Counted from the whole stretch's first letter, positions 35,868 to 48,969 are shown. The stretch is DNA of 62,177 nt, filler included, from Globobulimina sp. (GCA_003354225.1; 33 parts of 33 records of this genome joined end to end with filler, not necessarily neighbours in it), one strand, 5' to 3'. Numbers and translations: made by a program. Notes: generated by a model from the sequence alone, not told the origin.

Positions 35868-37284
35868 TCCGTTTTAATTTAATCGCATCCGAACGTATTA
35901 CATTTTTGCTGCATATGATCCAATCAATAAAATGGTTGTTATTTTTATGTTTATTTTTATATTCCATGCCATCAAACGCATGAAATGTAAACTTGCAATT
36001 CACATTACAATATTTGGCACAATCAATAAAATGATCATTTATTTTAATTCCATCAATCTCACATTCATCAAATAAATATCCATACAACTTGCAATTGCCT
36101 CCTTTGCTATTATTTGAATTAAAATCACCGACAATAAATATCAACAATTCTTTATAACAAAGCTGTCCATATAACTGCTTATAACTTTTCCTAAATCCAA
36201 CCACAAACTGCATTAAATGTCGCAACTGAACAATTCGAATTTCTTCACTTTTATAACTTAAATGTGTATTAACGACCAACAGTCCATATTTTATGTGATA
36301 ACTTTCATCGAAATCATATAAACACCACGTAGCTACTCGTGGTAATGGCGCATTTTTAGGTCGTTGCAGCTCAAAGGTACCATAATCAATGATGGCCAAT
36401 ATATCATTGTTCCAATATATTTTACAATGTTCATTCATTCGATCATTTGACGAATTGTACCATTTCTGCGGCAATCGGCCAGCACCGATATTGATATAAT
36501 TTGTGGGTAAATCGCATTGGATATCAATTAATTGATTGATAACACCTTCTTGCGTCGCGATGATGGTCGGCGGGCCATATTTGTTCAACATATTTGCGGT
36601 CAAAACACGTCGATGTTTAGTCCATGAACGACTTAATTGGTGATCCAATAAACTGTTTCGAACATTAAATGTCATCAAATCAATTGATAATATATTCTGA
36701 TCACTGTTCAATGACTGCTTTTTTTCATCATCAATTGCCATGATATCAGTTGCTATGATATTATCTTTGATGCGCAGCCAATTATTATTTACACCCAATT
36801 TATTGCTATGGAATGACTGCAAAAGCTGCATATTATGACCTGTAATATTGTCAATTTCTTGTTTGATGTTTGATAAATTATTCATATCCTTTTCATTTCC
36901 ATTATTCTCCGCGTTGTCCAATGATTCTTTTATTGTTTGCAATTTTGATGTTAAACCGATGTATTTCTGTTTCTTTCCAATCAGTTTGGACTCCAACATA
37001 TTGCGATGGTTTTCAATTTTTGCGGTTAATTCCTCTTCTTTTTGTTGGATTAAGTTTTGATACAATGCTGATTCTTCATGTATTGATTTTAAGTTTGATT
37101 CGATTGTTTCTTTGTATTGTTGTGAAAACTGATTTAATTTAAGCATATCTGCTTTAATCTGCTCCATACAATCTAATAAATTTGGTAATACTTTGTTTTC
37201 ATCATTGCTCATATTCAATGCTTCCATTGCTTCATCTCTCGTGAATCCGGATTGCAGTAAGTCTTCCACTTGTAACTCGCTCAT
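35868..37284 (-). CDS. UBA-like + coiled coil + endonuclease/exonuclease/phosphatase (EEP) protein, 3'-partial
   Basis: LLQSGFTRDEAMEAL (UBA-like); MTFNVR, TQEG, PRVATW, NTHL, GDFNS and IDWI (EEP). Confidence 0.8.
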
Positions 37285-37754
37285 TTCTTAAAAAAAAGTT
37301 TTTACTGAGTTTTCTTTTTCAGTGCAACCAGATACAGACAGATCCGTGTTTAATAAGTGCTATTTTTATATTTATCTTGTGATTGAGTTTGTATATTTAT
37401 TGAGTAATTTGCGTAGCTTTGCTTATACTTTTCCTTCACATACCTGGTTGAACAGAAACTGGATCAAACAGTTTTTTCTGTGAGAGTTTGTTGATTGGGT
37501 ATTGCTAGCGTCAATTTCAGGTAGCATCCTTGCGACATATTTTCAAGAAGTCTGCGCCGTTTTGACAACATTTGTAATTATTTCAAGAAATATAAAACCT
37601 AAAGTTTTTGCCGTTTGGTTTATGAAATCAAAACATGAAATGGAAACCTGTAATNNNNNNNNNNNNNNNNNNNNNNNNNNNNNNNNNNNNNNNNNNNNTT
37701 AATTAATTAANNNNNNNNNNNNNNNNNNNNNNNNNNNNNNNNNNNNNNNNNNNN

Positions 37755-39279
37755 TATGCTCCATTGCATCGTTTAAATTCCTGCCTGGCGAAACAATAAA
37801 AATGGTTTTTTTACTTAGGTTCGTCACTTCGTTTATTCTCTGCTCCACATTCTTCAACTTCTCACTCATGTAGTTGTTTTTCATCATGTCAGCGTCAAAA
37901 CTCACATGTTGTGCTGCCACAAAGAGAGTAATGGTTGCAAGTATGATTCCTGCTTTCAAATACTTATTAGCAGAGTATTGATAAGCTGCAAGTTTGTCAA
38001 TCCAACTGGTATGTTGGGATGAAGCAATATTTTTCCCTTTGCCTATTAAGTGAGGAAGTACAACGAGTGAAAAGGCAGCAGCGCTTAATATACTTATTGC
38101 TGCAAATAAGCCAAGATCATTCAGAGCTTCTGAATTGATAAAATACAGTGACAAGAAAGCAGATGCAGTTGTAACACTACTTAATATTACCGGTGTTGAT
38201 AGGTTTTTAAATATTAACTTATGTGATCTGTGTTGCCTGAAATGTGAATAAATATGTAATGCATAGTCAACTGATATTCCCAATAATACAGAACCAATAC
38301 CCAATGATATTGCAGATACTTCTTGTTTTAATATGAACAATAATGCCAGTGAAACTAATGCTCCAAATACAACCGGAAGAAAAATAATAAAGAAAGTCCG
38401 CTTCTGTCGGAAGAAAAGAGAAATAACCAGGACCAGCACTATGAGGGCAAGTGTAATTGTAATAATAATGTCTTTTTTTATTTGGTTTGCATTTCCAAGG
38501 GCTACAACAGCATTCCCAAAATAGTCCACTCTAATATCTTCGAATTCATTTACCGAAATATTATCTATGATATTATCAATTCCTTCGAAAAGGATATTAT
38601 TATTGGCTGTTTTATTTGTGGAAACGGGTGTGACCAGAATTATCAGGTTTCGATGATCATTTGAAATGAAATATCTGCCATAAACCTGAAAGTTATTATC
38701 AATGTTAAATGAACTGAATTTTTGTAATGCTATTGGTGTGAGAAAAAGAGGATCTTTAGCAATCATCTTTTTAGTAACAAACGAAACCGGTGACATTAAG
38801 TTTGAATAATTTGAGATGATCGTATTTTGAATATTCTCAGAAGTAATTATTGTATCAATTATAGAGTAATCTTCTTCAGATAAAAAAACCGGCAGATTAT
38901 TATAGATCATGTCATATACAGCAAGCATATCAGTCTGGCTTGGTGCAAAATCTATTGACTGAATTAACCCAGGAATGAACCTTGTATTTAGCGAATCGGT
39001 AAACCTTGTTGCAAAATCATTAAGTAGTTCCGGGTTACTTATTGTTGTGTCTTCAATACTTATGTTAAAAACAACCTTATCCAAGAATTTTGAATTAGAG
39101 TATACAAAATTCATGTTGTTAATCTTTTCAGTATCAGGTAATATCTTTGTAATATCTTCCGAAAGTTTAAGCTGGCCAGCAAAATATGCGCTTACTGATA
39201 TTAATGCTATCAGTAGAATCAGAGAAATAATTCTATGATTTTCAATCCGTTTATATATGGATAAAAATAGCCTGCTCAT
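37755..39279 (-). CDS. Bacterial MMPL/RND-family exporter (Bacteroidota type), 3'-partial
   Basis: LSEDITKILP, DPL, NANQIKKD, LGIGSVLLGISVDYALH, TTASAFLSL and DLGLFAA. Intronless, 6 bp from the upstream gene. Confidence 0.88.
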
Positions 39280-39285
39280 TGGTAA

Positions 39286-39541
39286 TTAAATCTTACTTTT
39301 TTTGGTTACTACTATTACCGAATATGATATTAGGGCAGTAATTGTTCCTAACAATAAACCCAATAATATACTTCCTATAATATATTGTAATATGCTATAA
39401 CCAAACTCATTAAGTGTATTGTAGAAACCACCGTGTAATATTTGGGCTTTAAGTTGGACAAGTGTTTCGTATGTGAACTCTCGTGGATTATCCATTACCA
39501 ATCCGCCTAGCCCATAGCTGAAATAAATGATAAATGGGATC
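39286..39541 (-). CDS. Bacterial DUF2062-like membrane protein C-terminus
   Basis: IPFIIYFSYGLGG...LQYIIGSILL pattern. Operon-like spacing with the MMPL gene. Confidence 0.6.
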
Positions 39542-39820
39542 NNNNNNNNNNNNNNNNNNNNNNNNNNNNNNNNNNNNNNNNNNNNTTAATTAATTAANNN
39601 NNNNNNNNNNNNNNNNNNNNNNNNNNNNNNNNNNNNNNNNNGTCGACTGGATATCTTCAATTCTAAATTTTAACTCTTCCTCCAACCTTTTTTTCATCGC
39701 TAGCCATTGCGGATAATCCACGCAAGTCAAGGTTGCATCGCGAAATATAGTCTGTACGCAATATAAAATAATAAGACAAGTCAGTGCAAGGATATGTATA
39801 TAGAATATTTTATATTAATA

Positions 39821-40276
39821 CTAAGCTATATAACGAGCGCGAGCTTTCTCGATTTCCTGTTTGGTATACCATTCCTCAGTGGTTTCGTCCACCCAATGTT
39901 GGTCATAATATGCGCGCCCATCGGCCTCTTTATGTTCAAATCTTTTGGCCGGCGATGGTGGATACCGCATAAAGGCAGTTCCGCGCGGCCCATCCCATGG
40001 TTTACAATACATATCCTGGTCTTCGAATGTATCCAATGCCACTTCTAATTCTTTCATTAATCGCGTGACTGAGCCGGGATCGTCCATAGCTTCGCATTTC
40101 TTAAAATGTTCCTTGGTTCGCATGGCATGGAAATCCCATATATCATAGCGAAATCTATGCGAATATTTAAGGTGTTTCAAGGTTCGACGATATAAACATT
40201 TGACAGAGCTGCGATGCTGCGCTGTGCCAATTTTAGCTATATCAGGTACTTTCGGATAGTTCCAATGATAAGGCAT
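39821..40276 (-). CDS. NDUFB9: NADH:ubiquinone oxidoreductase subunit B9 (LYR family)
   Basis: HRSSVKCLYRRTLK, F...DP, and Y..PW.GP.GTAFMRYPP.P motifs. Confidence 0.85.
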   Translation of the reverse strand: MPYHWNYPKVPDIAKIGTAQHRSSVKCLYRRTLKHLKYSHRFRYDIWDFHAMRTKEHFKKCEAMDDPGSVTRLMKELEVALDTFEDQDMYCKPWDGPRGTAFMRYPPSPAKRFEHKEADGRAYYDQHWVDETTEEWYTKQEIEKARARYIA

Positions 40277-40321
40277 GTTGTCGGTGACTCAGTATACTCT
40301 TTTTTTTTTTTTATTTTGAAC

Positions 40322-41089
40322 ATGACTGCGTTTCTCGTCGTTTTTTTATTATTGTTCGTGTTGGATATATCTAGTGTTTTATCGCAATGCGGATATTATT
40401 TATGGGAATCAAATAGGCCATATGTTATGGATAAATGTCAAGCAAATATACCTGAACAATTTTTACATCAACAAATATCATCAATATACAGTTGCTCTGT
40501 CCATAATAGCTTAATACATAAGGTTTGGAGAAATAGTTCAAATTGTAATGGTGCGCCAGAAATAATAGAGACAGATATACAATGTCTAGAACCAAAATGT
40601 CAGTGTGGCAGTGGTAATACTCAAAATTGTCAAATGTGGTCTTATCACAAATATAATTGTTTGACTGGCGATACGTATCCGTATGAGGGTGCGTCGTTAA
40701 TTGTGAATCAATGTTTCAACTCAAAATATATAAATACTTGTGATAAAAACGGAGAGATAAAGTCCGACAAATATGAACAAAATGGTTGCAATGGAAACAT
40801 AATCAGTACACAAACAATTAATGTTGTTATTGTTAATGCAAATGTTTCAATGTGTATTGATTATAATTGTAGCAAAGAGAGTGTTTCTAAAACAACTGAA
40901 TCCGCAATAAATACAACAAATGTTACTCAAAATGATACAAATCAACCGCCGTATCACTCTCATGAGTTGCAGTGGGTATTACCATTTATTGCTGGTTTGA
41001 TGATATTAGTAATTATTATATATTGCTTTACAATAAAACCACCATACAAGCAAGGATCCAAAACTAAATATAATTTAAATCTGACGTGA
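40322..41089 (+). CDS. Cys-rich type I membrane protein
   Basis: Signal peptide MTAFLVVFLLLF, paired Cys, a Thr-rich stalk and a TM helix. Confidence 0.7.
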   Translation: MTAFLVVFLLLFVLDISSVLSQCGYYLWESNRPYVMDKCQANIPEQFLHQQISSIYSCSVHNSLIHKVWRNSSNCNGAPEIIETDIQCLEPKCQCGSGNTQNCQMWSYHKYNCLTGDTYPYEGASLIVNQCFNSKYINTCDKNGEIKSDKYEQNGCNGNIISTQTINVVIVNANVSMCIDYNCSKESVSKTTESAINTTNVTQNDTNQPPYHSHELQWVLPFIAGLMILVIIIYCFTIKPPYKQGSKTKYNLNLT

Positions 41090-41817
41090 CTCATATAATA
41101 AAGGTTTGCAAATAAAATTATTTTGCTACATTCCAATCCATGAATTCTTAGCATATGTAATTTATTTAATCCTTAGTTCGTGCTGAACTTTCGCAGTTAC
41201 TGAGTTCAAACACATTATGTCCAAATTAACAACGAGATCTTCATCCAAATCAAAAATCCGTTCTAATATTCTCGTTGTAGAGGTTGAATAACCAGATTCG
41301 CATGATAACAAGCAGCAAAATTAAAATTTTAAAATTATAATATAAATGTTACATTTATTAGTTTAACCGTTTAAAACAATTTAAACTTTTAATTAAACTT
41401 TAACAGTGCATTCAAATCAAATGTCACTNNNNNNNNNNNNNNNNNNNNNNNNNNNNNNNNNNNNNNNNNNNNTTAATTAATTAANNNNNNNNNNNNNNNN
41501 NNNNNNNNNNNNNNNNNNNNNNNNNNNNCTTATATTGCAATATAAGAACAACCCCTTATCTAAAATAATTTCATTTTCTGGTTACGATATTTTCTTCAAA
41601 ACTTTAAGAAATCAATTTTTCTTGACAAATCCACAAAAACTCCTTAAAGTAGGAGTGATCTCTGAACGATATACTAGTATTTTTTATACAGAAACGGTTT
41701 CCTGTTGGGTTTGTAAGGTATTTTTTGATACTATATACTAATTATTATACACATGAAAAAAATAACTGAAGAAAAGAAAGAAAGGAAAGCAACAAAAAAC
41801 AAATATAAATGTTTGAT

Positions 41818-43151
41818 TTATTTCCAAGTGAACTCAGCCATAATACTAAAATGATCACTCGGATAATTCCAATTTGGAATTAATTTATCCGTGAATTGAT
41901 GATCAACTTTTGGTATCTCCAAAATCGAAGTGACCTGAAAAGCGCAATTTTTTATAAATATATAATCGAGCACATGTTTATCTATTCCATTCTGTCTTGC
42001 TTTACATGTCGTATATTCCGGTTCTGTGCCATTCGCCAATTTGTACACAGACTCAAATCCTAAATTATTTTTATCTGTCAACGAGTTATAACATAATGGC
42101 TCGTATCCTTTTTTATTTACCACTGGGTTTGCATTCAAGTCACAACACAAAACAACCGGTAAATTCTGCTCATTTTTAATTAAATCTTTCAACAACAAAT
42201 TAATTTGTCTCTCTCGAAGTTGTTCGCCTTTTTCTGTTTTGGTGGATTTTAAATGTGTGACAACAAATAAAATTTCTACATTTTGCTGTTTAATTTTAAG
42301 TGGAACCGCTAAACCAAATACTTTCTCTTTATTATCACTGCTAATTTGTTGAACATCGCCACAAATCTCAAATATATCTCGATAAATAATAGCAACTCCA
42401 TCTAAATTCATATTAATTTCCTCATTTCTTTCCATTGATAATTGCTTTGCAATCCTGGGCATTGGAGACGTTTGTTTCATTTGATAGCAATAATTATATC
42501 CCTTTGGGGCCAAATATTTCATTAAATATTCCATTTGATCACATTCTTCGATGCAAATAATATCTGCTTCAAACCGCAGTATTTCTTCAATGAGACGGAT
42601 TCCACGATATGTCCATTGGAGACATTCTTTATCAACGCCTAAAAATGTTTTTTCTGTCTCTTTGTTGGAGTATGCTGTGCATAGACCATCCGCCAATACG
42701 TTAAATTGCATCACACGCACACTTACATTTTCTTGTTTTTCTTCGCGATCCGCGCCTATTTTTATAATTTTACGATCCAATAATTTACAATATTTAGCAC
42801 CATATCTGTTATATATATATATTATGCAATTAATTGTATTGAGTGCAAGGATAACAATTAACGCATGCCTTGTTTTAAGAAGTTGTAAATCTTTGTTTAA
42901 ATCAAATGTATTTTTAATTAAACTTTCTCCCGGAATTGGTAACGAAATAAATGAATCATCACTCTTTTGCTCATCCTTTGCATGAGGTTTTTTAGATATT
43001 TGTTCATAGGTTTTGGCTCTTGCTTGTTTTGCTTTCGCTGTTTCATCTCCATCTTGTTATACATTTGTTTTGATATTGCAATTGTGTTTTGTTTGCTGAA
43101 TAGTTATAGTTATATATGCATACGATCTCCACCACAAAAAGAAGCGCCCAT
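41818..43151 (-). CDS. NOCT: Nocturnin-like EEP phosphatase/deadenylase; introns 43053-43123 and 42806-42868
   Basis: VRVMQFNVLADGL, DIICIEECD, VTHLKS, CCDLNA, PEYTT.K.R, LDYIF and PNWNYPSDH. Spliced N-terminus MGASFCGG. Confidence 0.85.
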
Positions 43152-43415
43152 GATGGCAGTTTAAAGTACACTCAAAAAAAAATTTCAAGTGAATAAAATG
43201 TTTTGGTTTAAAATCCGTCGACTGTCCGGATGTGGATGTTTTGTCTGTTCCCTGCTCAATTGAATAAAATGTTGCTCAATAATTGTTATGCTTTCTTTAT
43301 ATTCTTCCGTGTTTTNNNNNNNNNNNNNNNNNNNNNNNNNNNNNNNNNNNNNNNNNNNNTTAATTAATTAANNNNNNNNNNNNNNNNNNNNNNNNNNNNN
43401 NNNNNNNNNNNNNNN

Positions 43416-45127
43416 TGGAATTACAAAGTATATTTGTGGCTGATGACAATTATATTAATAGTTCGGACGCATTTATTGCCTGTGATGAATATTTTGGATC
43501 AATAAATGATACGACAGATACATTGGGAGATATTAGTTTCATTTTTGATTCATTGTTGGCATTATATTCAGTGCCAGAAATCAATGACATTACAAAATCA
43601 TCACAAACAAAATTACAAACTAGTTTGCCTCATTTAAATTGTTCACATAACGATGATAATATAGCTCCATTAAAAATACACTTCACTGTGCAATCAACCT
43701 TCGATAAACAGGATAAAATAACTGTTTTGTTTGAGGAACATAGCATTTTTTATAACGAATCCCTATCATTATTGAATGAATACTTTGGAGATATGACAGT
43801 AATCCAAGTGATTCATAACAAGACCATACAACAAAACAATACCATTCCTGATATTCGATATGTTGAGGTTAACGATGCAAACAATTTATTCAAACAAGCA
43901 TATATTTATATATTACCTGTCATTTTTATTTTATTTGTATTTATTATTTTTGCGTGTATTCATAAAACATTTTCATCAAAATCTTGTTGTGCGAATAACA
44001 GAATGTGTCGATATCCATTTCATTCTGTTGATGATTTAAAAACTGGCAAAATATTATCATTTGGTTTGCAACTTATTGATTTATATACAGATCTTTTATT
44101 TATTTATGATATTTTAAAAACGCAAATTAATTTTATAAATATTGTCATGGCATCGTTATCAATCATATTTATATTATTACCAAGAATTATTAATGTTATC
44201 CTTTTATTTAAAATAAGAAAATCAAAAGTTTTGAATGAATTCGTTGAGAAATGGATGAAAAGAATTAATATTAAAATATTTATATTCCTTTTACTTTTAT
44301 CTGGCAGTTTATATCATACCTTTGCCTTTTCAGAATGTCGCGCATTTGGTTTACAACAATTTTTAGCACCTTTGCATTACGGTGATTATGGAGAATTATT
44401 ATCATTGAAGATAAAATATTTAATATTAATGGAAACCGTGCCTCAAATTATAATACAAACTGTATGGATAATATTTTTTAGTGATGGTGATTTTTATAGA
44501 AATAAAGTTATATTTGTCATTATTATTTCAATTTTAATATCAATACTTACGTTGTCATCATCTATTATCGAATATATATTCAAATTAAAATATCATAATA
44601 ATAATATACAAACAATGCGTCCGTTTCAAATTATTGTCAAACTTAACTCCGATACGGATATCGATGCTGATATTAACAAAATTAAACACAAACAATATCA
44701 TCATTTAGGTGTAAAAATTGCAGTATCAAAATTATTACAATCGGATTTTAAGCATTGTGATGTTGTTAAAGTAACATTTGATGATATACAGAATGAGTTA
44801 TTTATTTACGGTGTAATATCCACTTCAAAATCACCGACATTTAATAAAAATACAAATGATAAATTTATTCAACAAATGGGGAAATTATACAGTTTATCCA
44901 CAGATAAATTAATTATACGACATATTGATATTGCAACACAACAAAAACTGGGTGATGGCAGTGGTGAATATAATGGTTTTGAAGTTGAAGAAGATGCAGA
45001 TACAGAAACATTTAATTTTATAAAAGAGCTCGAATCTTTATACACAAATATTGACGAAATTAAATACAATGTCATCAAAAATAAAACAAGAACAAAGAAT
45101 TATGCAATTCGGAGAATTAATGAATAA
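43416..45127 (+). CDS. XK-like multi-TM protein with ectodomain, 5'-partial
   Basis: LQLIDLYTDLLF and LMETVPQIIIQ motifs among several TM helices. Confidence 0.7.
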
Positions 45128-45302
45128 TAATAATGATTGATTTTTGTACCTTTCTATCCTATATCCATGTTATTGTTGTACATTTCTAAAATGTTATATT
45201 TTNNNNNNNNNNNNNNNNNNNNNNNNNNNNNNNNNNNNNNNNNNNNTTAATTAATTAANNNNNNNNNNNNNNNNNNNNNNNNNNNNNNNNNNNNNNNNNN
45301 NN

Positions 45303-46116
45303 CAATAAACAAGAATTAATCAAAATATATCCCAAATATGAGCGAGATTTATGGCAAATTGTTTATCATTCCTCAAATGCGGGAATGGAGGAAGCAGCAA
45401 TCAAAAAAATGGCGCATGAAATATTCACATCTTTGAACAAATTGCATGCGGCCGGATACATTCATCGTGACATTAAGCCAGAAAATATAATGATTGATGA
45501 GATGAATAAATATGTCCTCATCGATTTTGATATGATGGCCAATGTGGGAAAAGGCGCTGGTTTACAAATTGAGAGAGGTTTTGGTGGTACAATACATTAT
45601 GCGGCGCCAGAAATATTAGTGAATGATTTGAATGCTGCGAGTTTTGTTGGTTGCGCTGTCGATGTGTGGGCGATGGGGGTCACATTGTTAGAATGTTTGA
45701 CGAGATCCATACAGCCGTTTGCAATCAATATCGGTGTGGAAAGAGGTAATATGAGTTGGGATGAATGGAGTGCTGTCTTCAAAACGCATTACAATCATCG
45801 TTACCATCTCATTGAGATACAAAATTATATTCAAACCATTGTTCCATTTGTTTCAGCCGATTTTGCCGATTTATTGCACAAAATATTTGTGGAGGATCCA
45901 TCCAAACGAATTACGGCAAATCAAATATTAAAACATCAATGGTTTGCCGATATTCATCATGTAAATATGATGCAAAATATGAGCGCATTTATGGCCACAA
46001 TGCAAAAAGTAATGGTGGCAAATATGCAAAAAGTCAGTGTTGATGCTGATGAAGTCCAATCTGAAAATTGCAGTTCAATGGCAATGATAAATTGCGGTGA
46101 TGACTCTTTCCAATAA
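45303..46116 (+). CDS. Ser/Thr protein kinase, 5'-partial, with DFD in place of DFG
   Basis: IHRDIKPEN, LIDFD, GGTIHYAAPE, DVWAMG and DPSKRITA. Confidence 0.9.
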
Positions 46117-46573
46117 ACGTTTTTGTTGCAATTGTTGTTGTTTGTTTTTGTTGTTTGTTGTGTTTGTGTGTAAAATGTCAAGTGTTGCAATTGACCTTTT
46201 CATTGTTGTCAATTCTTCAATAATACTAATATTAAATTAAAATACTTTTTATGATGAATCCATCGATGTTGCGTTTAATATCAGTCAAGTTACAAAAAAG
46301 TCCAATCCGAATACCAATTTGCGTTAAATGTGACTGTTGTGTCAGAGTGTAGTGAGAATTGGTTGCAGTGTCGATCAACAAAGGGATAATAATACATTTA
46401 TCATTCAATTAATACAATTATTTTGCTGACCATGTTGCAGTTAAAGAAATTCATTTAAATGTTTTTTTTCCAAAGATAATTAATACAAAGTCAATATTAT
46501 TTTAAATCATGGCAACAAAAGAAAAGAAGCTTGACAATCATGCAGAAGCCACAGCAAATAGCCGTCACGTTGA

Positions 46574-47090
46574 TTAAGGTTTGCATAGTTCTGATATTAA
46601 AGGAAATATATTCATAAAACATAGATATATATCTAGCAACCAATCAAACAATGCATACCTTACAATGATATCATATCCATTGTTATTTGTAATGGACTCG
46701 TTCCATTTAATATCATTTGTATAATTTGAATTGCAATGAAGTAATGGTATCAAACAGGACAGATTGGACGGTACATTTTCAATGTTAACAATGGATATAT
46801 TGAACACCATCAATGGCCTCAAATCTCTATGAATGTATGATATGATTTCAATATCTATGGCTCGCCCATTATTATTACATTTTGTGGGATGATATATTTG
46901 CGATCGATTATTGACAGTACCACCAATAAGGTCAATATATGCGCCAATCCATGTAATATGATAGCTATCTTCTTCTGAGTTGTTATAATTATTTGCTTGA
47001 ATATAATACGAATGTATTCCAGGTATTCTTGCTCGATGCGGTGTGCCTGAATTTGCTTGTTTTGATGCATTCAAATATCCGTTGTAAATN
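46574..47090 (-). CDS. Fragment resembling the N-terminal region of GH65 acid-trehalase-like/PGGHG proteins
   Basis: YNG...HRARIP motif and beta-rich sequence with YIHR. Partial and spliced. Confidence 0.4.
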
Positions 47091-47189
47091 NNNNNNNNNN
47101 NNNNNNNNNNNNNNNNNNNNNNNNNNNNNNNNNTTAATTAATTAANNNNNNNNNNNNNNNNNNNNNNNNNNNNNNNNNNNNNNNNNNNN

Positions 47190-48847
47190 AAAATAGAATC
47201 TGGCGGTCTTTTCGCATCACACCATCGATATCCTGATTACGTCCAGACAGTATGGGGTGTGCATGGCCAAGATTGTACGGCCGACACAGGTGATTTCCCA
47301 GCCGCATGCCCAGACCTTGGACAACTCAAAACCGACACTCATGGCAAAATAGAATGTTTCCATAATTTTGATTGTTGTACTTGTGGCACCATGCTCTGTG
47401 GTCCAGGCTGTACCGATATTGTTTGCAACGGTGATTCCAGTTGTTATGGCGTCAAAGATATACATATAATTGGTGGCGAATTAGGCGCCACACTCAATTG
47501 CAATGGTATGTGATATAATAACCACTCAATACATACAATATATATATGTATATATTACACTCCAATTAAAGGTGATATATCATGTATGTGGACACATGTA
47601 TGGGGCACCAACATCGGAGGCATATTATGCACAGGCGATGGAGCGTGCGCGTATAGCAAATTTGACATGGAATGTATCGGTGGCGCAGAACCGTGTACAT
47701 TACTATGTGTTGGCGATGATTCCTGTCGCAGTGATCCAACTGATATGGAAAAACAAGCCAGTTTCACCATCGTTAACTCAGCCGGCATGAAATGTGCACA
47801 CGACGCCTGCATAGACGCTACGTTTAATTTAATGCACAACCTCGGCGGCAGTATCCATTGCAGTGCGGAGGAAGCCTGCGTGAGAGCAGAAATCAGTATT
47901 AATAACATCGAATTTCTCGGTTGCCGTGGAATTATGGCCTGTAAATCTGCTCATATCTTCATCAAAAACCCGGAGGAGGGATTTTCCGTTCTCTGTTCAG
48001 GTACAAAAAAAACGTTTTCGCTCCAGGATATGGTGCGAATATGAAAACATTTTTTTTTATTATACCAATGTCGAATAAAATTGTTTTATAGTATAACTGC
48101 ATTGAATTTTATATTTGTGTGTGATATTTAGGTTTGTCAGCTTGTGAAGATTTGGAGCTTGAGATCATGATAACCGACGCTGAAATAGCGCATTTTCGAG
48201 GGATAAGCTGTATGTCGGCGAGTGCCTGCAAAGGAATGCATGTTACTATCAATAAGTTGGGCGGCGAGGAGTTGGTGATCGAAGAGTTGATGTGCGGCGC
48301 GGCTGAGGCGTGCAGGAATGTGGTATTTGATATTGGGCCGAATATACTGTTTGAACAGTGTCAGTGTGCAGGGGGACTCACTTTAGCTTGTGATAATTTA
48401 TTGGGAGTGGATATGTGTATGGCGGATCAGATGATATTGGAGTGTAAAGGAGCAAATTCGTGCAAAGGGCAGGTTCAAACGATAACGAATCCTGGGAATG
48501 GATTTGGAATTTATTGTCCCGATGCAGGCTCATGTCAGGATATGCAGTTAACGGTGGTTATGGACGGAGGGAGGAGGGGAGTCAACAGTTTTGGCGGTAT
48601 TTACTGTGGCAGCGAGGATTCGTGCAATGGGTTAATTTTTAATATCTATAATATTGTGGTTGGATTTAGAATCGATGCTGGAATCGTACAATGTGACGCA
48701 TACAATGCTTGTACCAATGCGAAATTCAATCTCATTGGAGCCGATATTACAGTTAATTGCGTGGATGGTGCATGTGTTGGGTGTCAGAATACTGCGTTAG
48801 GGCTTTGTAAGGAATGTGGAACAAATCAAAATTGTCTTATTTTTTAA
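47190..48847 (+). CDS. Cys-rich repeat secreted protein (CxGxxSC/AC repeats), 5'-partial, two introns
   Basis: Many CxGxx(S/A)C units. Introns at about 47506-47571 and 48001-48131. Confidence 0.8.
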
Positions 48848-48923
48848 TTGTGTTATTTTTCTTCTTTTTTCGTTTTTATTTTGTGCTTTATTTTTCTCGA
48901 CCTTTGAATTATTTTATTTCGAT

Positions 48924-48924
<1 letters not shown>

Positions 48925-48967
<43 letters not shown>
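48925..48967. repeat. Poly(T) tract of about 43 nt
   Basis: Seen directly, downstream of the stop codon. Confidence 0.9.
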
Positions 48968-48969
<2 letters not shown>

